This document shows positions 31,170 to 43,500 of a stretch of DNA of 64,000 nt, one piece after another. A program made the position numbers and the translations under genes. The first letter of the stretch is position 1. Every line of letters starts with the position of its first letter. The stretch spans positions 310,001-374,000 of the forward strand of contig NW_026782534.1 in assembly GCF_031769215.1 (NCBI RefSeq), written 5' to 3'. The notes beneath the pieces are model-generated. The model saw nothing but the letters and a program-made list of their open reading frames with translations. It made no database searches and had not been told where the DNA came from. The DNA comes from Ylistrum balloti (Eukaryota).

Positions 31170-32100
31170 TTTCAACATATATGGTTCTGACATTTCCCCT
31201 CTAGCTTGACCCATTAGTTCTGACAACACATCTTCATAATCCTACAGTTCTTGCATTCCTCTTTCCCCATAATCTTTAGTGCTGACATTTCTCATTCCTA
31301 ATACTTTTTTTATAGTTACATTCCTTATTTGACTATAATCCTTTAGTTCTGACTTGCCACTTCCTCATAATCGGAGACTTTCCTCCTCCTGATCTTTTAG
31401 TTCTGATATTTCACCCTTTCCAATAATCCTTTAGTTGTGTATTTCCCTTTTCCCCATAATTCTTTAGTCCGGACATTTTGTCCTTTTCCCATAATTCTTT
31501 AGTCCTGACATTTTCTCCTTTTCCCATAATTCTTCAGTCCTGACATTTCCTCATTTCCCATAATTCTTTAGTCCTGACATTTCCTCATTTCCAATAATTC
31601 TTCAGTCCTGACATTTCCTCATTTCCAATAATTCTTCAGTCCTGACATTTCCTCATTTCCAATAATTCTTTAGTCCTGACATTTCCTCATTTCTAATAAT
31701 TCTTCAGTCCTGACATTTCCTCATTTCCAATAATTCTTTAGTCCTGACATTTCCTCATTTCCAATAATTCTTTAGTCCTGACATTTCCTCATTTCTAATA
31801 ATTCTTTAGTCCTGACATTTCCTCATTTCCAATAATTCTTCAGTCCTGACATTTCCTCATTTCCAATAATTCTTTAGTCCTGACATTTCCTCATTTTCCT
31901 GACATTTCCTCATTTCCAATAATTCTTTAGTCCTGACATTTCCTCATTTCTAATAATTCTTTTCCTGACATTTCCTCATTTCCAATAATTCTTCAGTCCT
32001 GACATTTCCTCATTTCCAATAATTCTTTAGTCCTGACATTTCCTCATTTCCAATAATTCTTTAGTCCTGACATTTCCTCATTTCCAATAATTCTTTAGTC
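31170..32100. repeat. 34-bp pyrimidine-rich minisatellite with about 18 homogeneous copies and a degenerate left flank
   Basis: Unit ATAATTCTTTAGTCCTGACATTTCCTCATTTCCA, period 34 (31681/31715). Diverged ancestral-looking units at 31170-31480. Confidence 0.95.
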
Positions 32101-35100
32101 TTTTTTCTTTAGGGTGTATAAGAGAATTATACTCTATTTCAAGGACTGAGAGACTTTGAAGAGTAAGAGATAATACATTATCCAAAGTTGACTTTGGACA
32201 CATAACAATTACTATAACAATGGCATGAGGTACTCACAAAGGTTACAAAAAGTTTAAGTACTGAAATAAACCGGGGCCCATCAAAAAGAGGTGTCAGGTC
32301 ATCGGTTAAACAAGTAGTATTGCTTGATCACAGAATATATAAATCACTTTCTATAAAACCTGACTTTGATATTTATAAGTATTTCAATTTATTTAAGTCT
32401 GTGCATTAGCTGAGTGAGCTTTCCCCTTTTTACACAAAAGCAAGCAGATGTCAAAGGGTGACAACAACAATATACAGTTACCATTATATGTTCATTATCA
32501 GATGTTTCTGACGTGTCATTCTGTCGCCACTCATCTGTCTACTGAAGTCAAAGTAAGAAACCTTATAGACTCAGATTCAACATTACAGGTATCAGATAAA
32601 GTAAATTTCATTGAACTTAATATTGAAAAAAAACCTGTTTTGGTGTTACCTTTCGTCAAGAACATTGTTTGAAAGGAAAACTACCCTCCTCCCCCCTTAA
32701 AAAAAACTCTTCCTTTTGGGTATTGCTGTCAGCAAAGTAGCTATGAACTCTGTCTAATGTTAACAGTGACTAACCTCCCCACATACAAATGGACATTCAA
32801 ATATTACATATATAAAGGTTAAACCTTCGACAAACATGATTTGTTAATGCACCTAGTTGGTAGATAAAGGTACAGGATTCCAGTGTGTTTGGGAACTTGT
32901 TTCAAGCATCACTTCTAGAGGCTAGTAAGGGAGGTTGATACAAAGGCACTGTTCTGTAATCAAGGTGGCCAGGATTCAATTTCCCGATTGAACATTAAAA
33001 GGCCTTGGCTACAGTGACCAACTGTGTGGGTTTTAGCCAGGCATGCTGACTTCCATAGAAAAAATGGTAAGATTCTCTATAGTGGCCTAATAATACAAGA
33101 CCTTAAACCTTATCTAAGCCTCAGAGAAAGAAAGTTTGATGTTTTTACAGAATAAAGAATAGCAATCTTGTAAACATACAAGACTATTCTGGGATGCAAC
33201 AATATACGCCAGTACTATGCAAAGGAAACATATGCGAAGGAAAAATAATTTGAAACGTAATACAGATATCAATATGAAAATGAGTGTCAATGCAAAATGC
33301 CATCAAGAAAACACGACTTATTATAACCAATTATCCTGAGTTTGAACTTAATTGACCGAAAAATGAATGAGAAGATTTACAGACAAGTTCAAAAAGTTTA
33401 AAAGAATGAAAGATAATAATGCTTCCAAAATAGTTGAGCCAAATTGCCAGGGTGAATCCAGTGCTACATGTTTTCAAGATATAACAAGTTTGATAGAGAG
33501 ACACTGAGAGAAGTACCTGGGGAAATAAATTAAAAAAAGATTAGGCAATCAAATGCTGATAAAGTTTATACCGTTTTACATCATGGTTGTATACCTGATA
33601 AACTGAAAGAGACAACATTAAATGCTGACAATGTCATATTTACAACCTACCAAGTCTGATGGAGACTGTTTGAAAACTGAATAGGGGATCAATAACTCTT
33701 CAAAATACAGTAAAATCTAACTGAAATACTGGAAAGCATCAAGTCCTGGTAATTATGTCTAAAAAGTGATCGGATGGAGTGAGTGAGAAGAGATCTCCAG
33801 ACATTGTAAAAGTTCATGATTGATGGACAGTCAATACCATACCTTAATACATTACTTGTATATCTCAAAAAAATAATTAACATCACAAAAAAATGATACT
33901 ATTACTTAACACTGAATATGAGATATTTGTTATAACAACACAATTTTTGAAAGATGCCACAGCAATGCACTTGTACTTGGACACAGTATGCAGTACTATG
34001 CTAGGTGTACTACAGTGACCAAACGCAAGAATATTGAGTTTGATCCTTCATAATACAACAAAACTTTAAAATGTTTATGTGAACCTAGGACACATATTGC
34101 TACTATAAGTATTACAGAAGACCTATTTAAGTGGTAGGATAACAACCATGATAAAGCTATGTGTGTACATTAGTAAACCTTTCCATGACCAAAGGATTAG
34201 AAATAATAATTTTAACTGAGAACAGGTTAATTCGTTGTTATTGAAATTAACTTTCATATTTCAGTTCATGTATTTCCTTACAAATAATAGATAAATACTG
34301 AACAGACACATGTATTTTGTGAAAATAACTGATTCATCAATTCGTTTTGTACATAAACATCTTTTTACTGCCTTACCAAATCCTAACTTCACACTATTAA
34401 ATGTCCTAATACAACCCGACAAGCAAAACTAATGAGTATAAAACTACGAGATTCAATATTAGTCCATGATTGATCACAACATACTCAATGGTCAAACAGA
34501 CTAAACTACAGTTTTAGATAATATAGATAAGTCTATTACATGAAGGCAATCTGTGACTGGTCAGTATCAACAATGTACAGTATGTGTGAAACATTATTAT
34601 GTATTGTCAAAATGTTAACTATTATTCTGTACTGTTAAATGTGTGAAGCATTATTATCCTGTATCATTAAATGAACATGTGATATTTGAAACAGTACAGA
34701 TGACAATGCCAAACTTTTGATATGGGAAACAATGTCTTTGGCAGTTCTAATCCTGATTAGCATTTTGCCAGATCTCTTGAAATGATGATTTCACAGTTTT
34801 TTTTTCTTCATTATTTAGCTCAGACTACATCAAATGATATTACACATGATCTAAAAATACAGCTTTATACCGACACTGTACAGAACTTTCTCCAGATCTA
34901 ACTCTATCTTCCACCTTCCAACAAATAAAATTGAACTTACAAATCTATCCCTGCTTTCTAAATCATTTACTAAGGAACTCTAAAAGCAAATACAATATGA
35001 AATGATGTAATTTAATCTGACAATTATCAATAAATATGCTGCTAAAACTTTTCAAAGGAAACTTTCTACACAATGATGCCAACATTTCTCGATGAAAAAT

Positions 35101-35559
35101 CTCATTACCGGTACATTCAATAATATCTTGCAGATATCCTGCTTTCTGCTTATTGGGATTATATTTTGAGTGAGTGTACAAACTGGCATGCATGTAAACA
35201 GATATATAGCATACATCTTTCTGAGATTTAATTCAACGTCAAAATACTCGCTGGATTTGTGCTATTTTTAATGACTACTAATATAGCAAAACGATATAAC
35301 TAAAATTATAAAACTATTCATAGAACTATGTGGACAAGTTAAGTGAACAATTTAAAATAACTTGACAAGCTTGGCTTCACAGTAATTAGAGAACAACAAT
35401 ATTTAACAGTTCATACCACTACACCAACAATCTGTGGTTATAACACTAGAAAATGAAGATACTGGCATAATACATGTGTATCAACATCAGGTCATCAAAA
35501 TGTGGCAACAAATAAAATAAACATTTTCAAATATGAACATTCGTAAAAAAGGACAAAAT

Positions 35560-36960
35560 AATATGTCAGTCACATGTCTGATGTCACAAAACAACTAAAA
35601 TGTCAGTCATGTCTGATGTGACCAGAAGGACAATCTAGATGTCAGTCACATGTCTGATGTTACAAAACAACTATAATGTCAGTCATGTCTGATGTCATGA
35701 GACAACTAAAATATCAGTCATGTCTGATGTTACCAGAGGGCAGCCAAAATGTCGGTCATTGTCTGATGTCAACGAAGGACAACTAAGATGTCATTCACAT
35801 GTTTGATGTCATAAGAAGATGACCAAGATGTCATTCACATATCTGATGTCACTTGAGGACAATTAGGATGTCAGCTACAGTCAGATGTCACCGGAGGACA
35901 ACCTAGATGTCAGCCACATGTCTGATGTCACTTGAGGACAACTAAGATGTCAGCTACAGTCAGATGTCACCAGAGGACATCCTAGATGTCAGCCACATGT
36001 CTGATGTCACTTGAGGACAACTAAGATGTCAGCTACAGTCAGATATCACTAGAGGACAACCTAGATGTCAGTCATATGTCTAGTGTAACTAGCAGACAAC
36101 CTAGATGTCAGTCACATGTCTAGTGTAACTAGAGGACAACCTAGATGTCAGTCACATGTCTAGTGTAACTAGAGGACAACTTAGATGTCAGCTACAGTCA
36201 GATGTCACCAGAGGACAACCTATATGTCAGCCACATGTCTGATGTCACTTGAGGACAACTAAGATGTCAGTCAGATATCTGATGTCACTTGAGGACAACT
36301 AAGATGTCAGCTACAGTCAGATGTCACTAGAGGACAACCTAGATGTCAGCCACATATCTGATGTCACTTGAGGACAACTAAGATGTCAGCTACAGTCAGA
36401 TGTCACTAGAGGACAACCTAGATGTCAGCCACATGTCTGATGTCACTTGAGGACAACTAAGATGTCAGCTACAGTCAGATGTCACCAGAGGACAACCTAG
36501 ATGTCAGCCACATGTCTAATTTCACTTGAGGACAACTAAGATGTCAGCTACAGTCAGATGTCACAATAGGACAACCTAGATGTCAGTCACATGTCTAGTG
36601 TAACTAGAGGACAACCTAGATGTCAGTCACGTCTAGTGTAACTAGAGGACAACCTAGATGTCAGTCACATGTCTAGTGTAACTAGAGGACAACTTAGATG
36701 TCAGTCACATGTCTAGTGTAACTAGAGGACAACCTAGATGTCAGCCACATGTCTGATGTCACTTGAGGACAACTAAGATGTCAGTCAGATATCTGATGTC
36801 ACTTGAGGACAGCTGAAATGTCAGCTACAGTCAGATGTCACCAGAGGACAACCTGGATATCAGCCACATGTCTGATGTAATTAGAGGACAACTAAAATGT
36901 CAGCGACATGCATGTCTGATGTGAGTGGAGGACAACTAAGATTTCACTCATATTTCTGAT
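35560..36960. repeat. 39/40-bp minisatellite with dimeric (79-bp) higher-order structure
   Basis: GAGGAC anchors at 35855, 35894, 35934, 35973 and 36013 alternate between 39 and 40 bp. Each unit contains two GATGTCA half-motifs. Confidence 0.93.
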
Positions 36961-37552
36961 GTCATTTGCTAATACTACAGGTAATCAATAGTACTAGATT
37001 GTCAAATTGTACAAGAGCCATAGATTCCTGCCTGGCAGTTTACAAGAAATTTAACAAAATGTTTTGAGAAGTAGAAGTGAATGAAGGTTGACAAAATATC
37101 AATGGACCTTTGCTTAAGAAGACATGTTAAAAGTAGTTGTAGACTAATGTTATGACAGTGTGTTACAGAACATGACTGGTGTCAATTATACAAAACAATT
37201 ATATAAAAATATATATCGCTGACACAAAAGAGTATTTAATACAAAGTTTGTGATCATACAAACAGGTATAAAGGAAATGAGGACTAGAAGACACCTACAG
37301 CATCAACAATGTTGTAAATTTTACATCAACTGATAATAACGCAGGAATGTAGCTGGTACAGCAGACCTGAGAATTCATCAAGACAATACTCAAATCAAAA
37401 TCTGTAATAATGTGCAAAACAAAAGCACATGTCAGTAAAATGATAGAAAAAACTGGTGAAATAAAAAGTCATACAACTGAATTGCTATTTTTGACCCAGT
37501 AAGACAAAAGTGAATCTTTGGACGGATAATGTATACATATTTGTGACTCCTG

Positions 37553-40500
37553 TCATCCCTCCATGATGTCCAGGATCAGTGTTTTCTCGCGATACTCCAA
37601 CTTATTAAGCTCTGTGGTGAAAATATCTGTTGACCCTTTGAAAGAGAAAAAAATATGAAGACTGTTAATATGATACATAATTAATGATTACAGAATATTT
37701 TGCACTGTCTACAATCAATGTAGCCAGTTGGTCAACCAGCTAGGGTCTAACCTGTATTTCTGAAAACTTGCAATATCAACTTGATAACCCAGACTGTAAT
37801 AACAGTATTGAAAAATATTAAACACAAGCAATAGTGAATGCTTAACATAAAATGTAATTTTTACTCAAAACAAAACCACTTAATAACTCCATGTATACAG
37901 AATCACAACACAGCCAGATATACAATGAATTTTCTATACAGAATATACAATATATTGTCTATACATCATAATCCATCAGACACAACACCGCCAAATATAA
38001 GATGTATTTTCTATACAGAATATACGATATATATTGTCTATACAGCATCGGTCAGACACAACACAGTCAGATATACCATATATTGTCTATACAGAATGTA
38101 AGTGACACAACATGGCCAGATATACAATATAATGTCTCAATAAGATCTATCAGACACAATACCGCTAGATGTATGATTTAATGTCTGGACAGAATCTAAT
38201 CTATCACAGCCATATAAACAATGTATCATTTTTAGCCAGAAGGGTATCAGGGATGGAGCCAATTCCTTGGTTTTACTTATGGATACCCAAAGGAATGCAA
38301 GGTGGCTGTGTTGTAGCGATCAATCCAGGGGAAAGGAACCACAACAGCTTCTAAGTTTGAGTTTTTCTATTCATTACAGTTGAGTGTAATAAATTAAATA
38401 ACTCAGACATGGAAGCTGCTGTGGTTGTTTTCATCTGGATGGTCTATAGCCAGATATACAATATATTGCCTTTGCAGTATCTATCAAGATAAAACACAGC
38501 CAGAAGAAATGGCATATTGTCTGGTTTGTGAAACAGATAGCACATAAGTCTTATATGGTAATGATTAAAGATTGACCAAATAATTAGTAAGTTATATTAA
38601 AAGTGACTTTTATTCTTTCTGTCAGTTTGTAGATAGGGAAAATATTTTGTGTGTATATGATCATCGTTAGTAATCTGAAAGTTAAACTAGCTCACCTGAA
38701 TTACAAATTTTTCGGAGCTTTATGAGGAACTCCAAGAATGCTTCCTTCAGTGCTTCAGATCCCTGTAAAGATAAATCATAAGTTAAATTGTTGTGTAGCA
38801 GTAAACAACCAGTTAACCTGTTCTGTAACAGTAAACCACCAGTTAACCTGTTGTGTAACAGTAAACAACCAGTTAACCTGTTCTGTAGCAGTAAACCACC
38901 AGTTAACCTGTTCTGTAACAGTAAACCACCAGTTAACCTGTTGTGTAACAGTAAACAACCAGTTAACCTGTTGTGTAACAGTAAACCACCAGTTAACCTG
39001 TTGTGTAACAGTCAACAACTATTTAACCTGTCCTATAACAGGGAACATTTAAGACATAAATATGTAACAGACACAGAACAGACTTTTATTTTTGAGTGAC
39101 AATAACAATAAATCTATGGTTTACTTCCTTGCCATTCACTTTTAAGCTAATAACCAATTAAATTCCTTGTACCCCTAAACAAAAGTCATGGAGATGTTGT
39201 AATTGAATAGCTCTAAATTTATTGTTTGTATTGTAATAATACAAAGAATACTATCACATTCACATAGATGTCAATGTGTAGCTAAACATATCAATAGTGT
39301 GGAGTGTTGTTTCATCTAACTTTGACTCTACCCAACACTCAGTAGCAGGGTTTTATATGTAAACTTGATTCATTTTCCACCTCGTACTAGATATTCCAGT
39401 CAGAAATAGATTCCTTCTGTATCTGCTCCTGAAACTCATCTTGTCTTCCTCCTTGTCCCAGCTATCCCAGTCAGTATCTGTACCCTCCTGTTTTCATTCT
39501 CCGTACTTACCTCATTTTCCTCCTCATCCCAGCTATCCCAGTCAGAATCATTGCCCTCCTGACCATGCTCCCCATCATCATTTTCCAAACTTTGTGTGGG
39601 GGAGCGTGCTCGTCCTTTATCACTATACTGACTTAATGAACTGAGGCGACCAGATGGAAGGCTACCACTGTTGTTGCTAAGGTCCAGAGTCAAGCACTCC
39701 GGAAACACTCCAGGACTTCCTGTGTAGATTCAAAATGGCAAACAGTTGGGTATAAAATAAGCAAACAACTCCATGGTCTAAATATGAAACATTTACAGAA
39801 GACAAAACAGGAACAGTGCATTAGTGTAGATTAAAATGGTTATTTATTGTTATTTTGACCACATGTAGTCATAAGAACTACACAATAGTGATGTATATTT
39901 ATCTGAATTACATAAAACTGATTTGTAATTTATGTGTGAAATTCAATCAATAATATAATTATGATCAGTCCTTTCATAATGAAAAAAAAATTAAGATTAA
40001 CTTCTATAAAAACTGTGATAGTGGTAGAAGGAGAAGTACTGACCAGTGATGACCACATACTCTTGGTCCCAATGTTGGGCTGTGTCGGGACTGCTGGACA
40101 ATGGAATGTTGTTAGATAATAAGGAAAGGTCATCCCCAGGACGAGGTGAGTGTTCAGCACTGAAGTAGATATCCTAGAAAACACAGTCACATTTTAACAT
40201 GGGAAGCATAATTGTACAGATAAACCTGAACATTGACAGCCAAACAAAATGGTTTAACAAGGGAAGCGTGGTTTATAGATAAACTGTAACACTGACAGCC
40301 ATACAGAAAGGTTTAACAAGGGAGGCATGGTTGTACAGTTAAACCTGAACATTGACAGACAGAGAGGTTTAACAAGGAAGGTGTGGTTGTACAGTTAAAC
40401 CTGAACATTGACAGACAGAGAGGTTTAACAAGGGAGGTGTGGTTGTACACATAAACCTTAATACTGAGACCCATACAGAGAGGTTTAACAATGGAGGCAT

Positions 40501-43500
40501 GGTTGTACACTTAAACCTGAACATTGACAGAGAGGTTTAACAAGGAAGGTGTGGTTGTACAGTTAAACCTGAACATTGACAGACAGAGAGGTTTAACAAG
40601 GGAGGTGTGGTTGTACAGTTAAACCTGAACATTGACAGACAGAGAGGTTTAACAAGGGAGGCATGGTTGTACATGATAAATCTTAATACTGACAGCCATA
40701 CAGAAAGGTTTAACAAGGGAGGCTTGGTTATACAATCAAACCTGAAAGTTGACAGACAGAAGGGTTTAACAAGGGAGGCATGGTTGTACAGATAAACCTT
40801 AATACTGAGACCCATACAGAAAGGTTTAACAAGGGAGGCATTGTTGTACATGATAAATCTTAATACTGACAGCCTTACAGAATTATTCAATAAGGGAGGC
40901 GTGGTTGTACAAATAAACCTTTATATTGATAGTCATAATAGATTATTTGGACTAATTTTGTTTTAGAATGTAATTCCAATTGATTAACCAGATTTAGAGT
41001 AAGAATTTGATAAGTTCTACTTTGAAATGCTGAAACATTGATGTTTATATATACATAAGTAATCCACATTCATTTATCAACTTGACTTCTTTCCATAGAA
41101 TTACAATAAAACACAAGATTTTAAAGAGTACAACATCTCTATAAACATATTAATTGCATAGAAATTAAATATATCCTCCTGATATAACTGATTCAAATCA
41201 GAACACATAGTAAGACTGCAACTCACCTTGTTAACCCTGGAACAGATAGCCATCAGGATAAGATGTAGATGCTTGACTGGGTTTAGGGCCTGACACAACG
41301 TAATGTAGATATTCAACACTTTCTGTACCAAGTGTACCTCTGAACTCTGCAACAATCATGCTTAGATGTTAATAGATATTGAAATAGATATGAAAAAGCA
41401 TTATTGACTGTTATTTGACCAGTCAGATAAATAGCAGAGCTTCATTAATATGACAGCTGACCAGCCAGACAAGTTGCTGAAGAGTCGGATAAATTGCCCA
41501 CCTTCATTGTTACAATAGCTGACCAATCTGATAAATTGCCCACCTTCATTGTTACAATAGGTAATCAGTTAGATAAATTGCCCACCTTCATTGTTACAAT
41601 AGCTGATCAGTTAGATAAATTGCCCACCTTCATTGTTACAATAGCTGATCAGTTAGATAAATTGCCCACCTTCACTGTTACAATAGCTGATCAGTTAGAT
41701 AAATTACCTACCTTCATTGTTACAATAGCTGACCAGTCAAACAAATTACCTACCTTCATTGTTACAATAGCTGACCAGTCAGACAAATTACCTACCTTCA
41801 TTGTTACAATAGCTGATCAGTTAGATAAATTGCCCACCTTCATTGTTACAATAGCTGATCAGTTAGATAAATTGCCCACCTTCATTGTTACAATAGCTGA
41901 TCAATCAGATAAATTGCCAACCTTCATTGTTACAATAGCTGATCAGTTAGATAAATTGCCCACCTTCATTGTTACAATAGCTGATCAGTTAGATAAATTG
42001 CCCACCTTCATTGTTAATATAGCTGATCAGTTAGATAAATTGCATACCTTCATTGTTACAATAGCTGATCAGTTAGATAAATTGCCCACCTTCATTGTTA
42101 ATATAGCTGATCAGTTAGATAAATTGCCCACTTTCATTGTTACAATAGCTGATCAGTTAGATAAATTGCCCACCTTCATTGTTACAATAGCTGATCAGTT
42201 AGATAAATTGCCCACCTTCATTGTTACAATAGCTGATCAGTTAGATAAATTGCCCACCTTCATTGTTACAATAGCTGATCAGTTAGATAAATTGCCCACC
42301 TTCATTGTTACAATAGCTGATCAGTTAGATAAATTGCCCACCTTCATTGTTACAATAGCTGATCAGTTAGATAAATTGCCCACCTTCATTGTTACAATAG
42401 CTGATCAGTTAGATAAATTGCATACCTTCATTGTTACAATAGCTGATCAGTTAGATAAATTGCATACCTTCATTGTTACAATTGCTGACAGCTCTTTTAA
42501 GGACAAATTAACACATTTGAGACAGCTTTGTCTTTGTTCATTGTCTTCCATTCTCATGGTTAACTCCACTACCTTGGCACCAACCACACTGAGACTGAAA
42601 CCAAAAACAATAATCATACATGTACTTTATTTACTAAAACATACCATTTTAACCTTATCAAATTATATCATTCTACTGAAATTGAGGGTCTGTCATTTCT
42701 TTCTCTTCACAAGAATTTCAGACCTATGTAAAAAAACAATTTGTTACTCCTAAAAACTTCATTCCAAACAAAGTTTACTCCTCATTCCAACCCTAATAAC
42801 ACAGGTAACGACTGGTAACTCAAACCCATCCCATTCTTATCCACACAACAGACCTTGATTTGGCTAAATTACTGACCATACACCAACCTACCATTCTGTT
42901 AATGCTTTACAGATATGCGAGTCCTCCACAAATATACCAGTGTAGTGAGCCACCATAGGAAGTAGGAGGGAGGAACTTTCTACTGGCAGGTTTTGTAGGA
43001 AATGTCTACAGGTGTGATGGATCTCCGTGATGAATAGTTTCTCCACTTGTTTGGCACATTGTAGTTTATTGTCAGGTCTGACCAAGCAACAACTGCAATA
43101 AATGCAAACATTCCTTTGTCATATAAACTTTTCTATAAGATTGTAAAACTTCTCTCTGTTAATGCTGAGAATCATGTTATATCACATCGTCCCCAATTAA
43201 CCTCAGTCTACTTTATAATGTCTAAATTGATACAATTCCTCTGTACAAATATTCAACACTGTTACTATAGCTATCATTAATTAAAAACATTTCATTTTTG
43301 CCAAACAGCTAAAATAAGGATTCAGGTAAATTACAGTATTGTACATGAACATTACCCAACACAACTCTTATGATGAGAGGAGCTTTCATACAACAGCATT
43401 ACATTTCAAAGCATCTTACCTCAGATAGCCCTCTAACTGACGTGAAAAGCTTTAATACAATCAGTAGCACAATTTACAGTAGCTTACCTCAAATAGCCCT

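Noticed and set aside
33150-33850. Possible RT relic (isolated EKYLG at about 33508-33522)
   Set aside because: A single short motif with no other recognisable RT blocks, so not supportable.
38738-39099. Overlapping repetitive ORFs, likewise 4287-4529, 7112-7439, 16191-16524, 40313-40890 and 57726-57944
   Set aside because: All are translations of tandem repeats.
41494-42753. 419-aa plus-strand ORF of PTFIVTIADQLDKL repeats
   Set aside because: By-product of a stop-free frame of a 42-bp intronic minisatellite, antisense to the host gene. No splice or promoter support.
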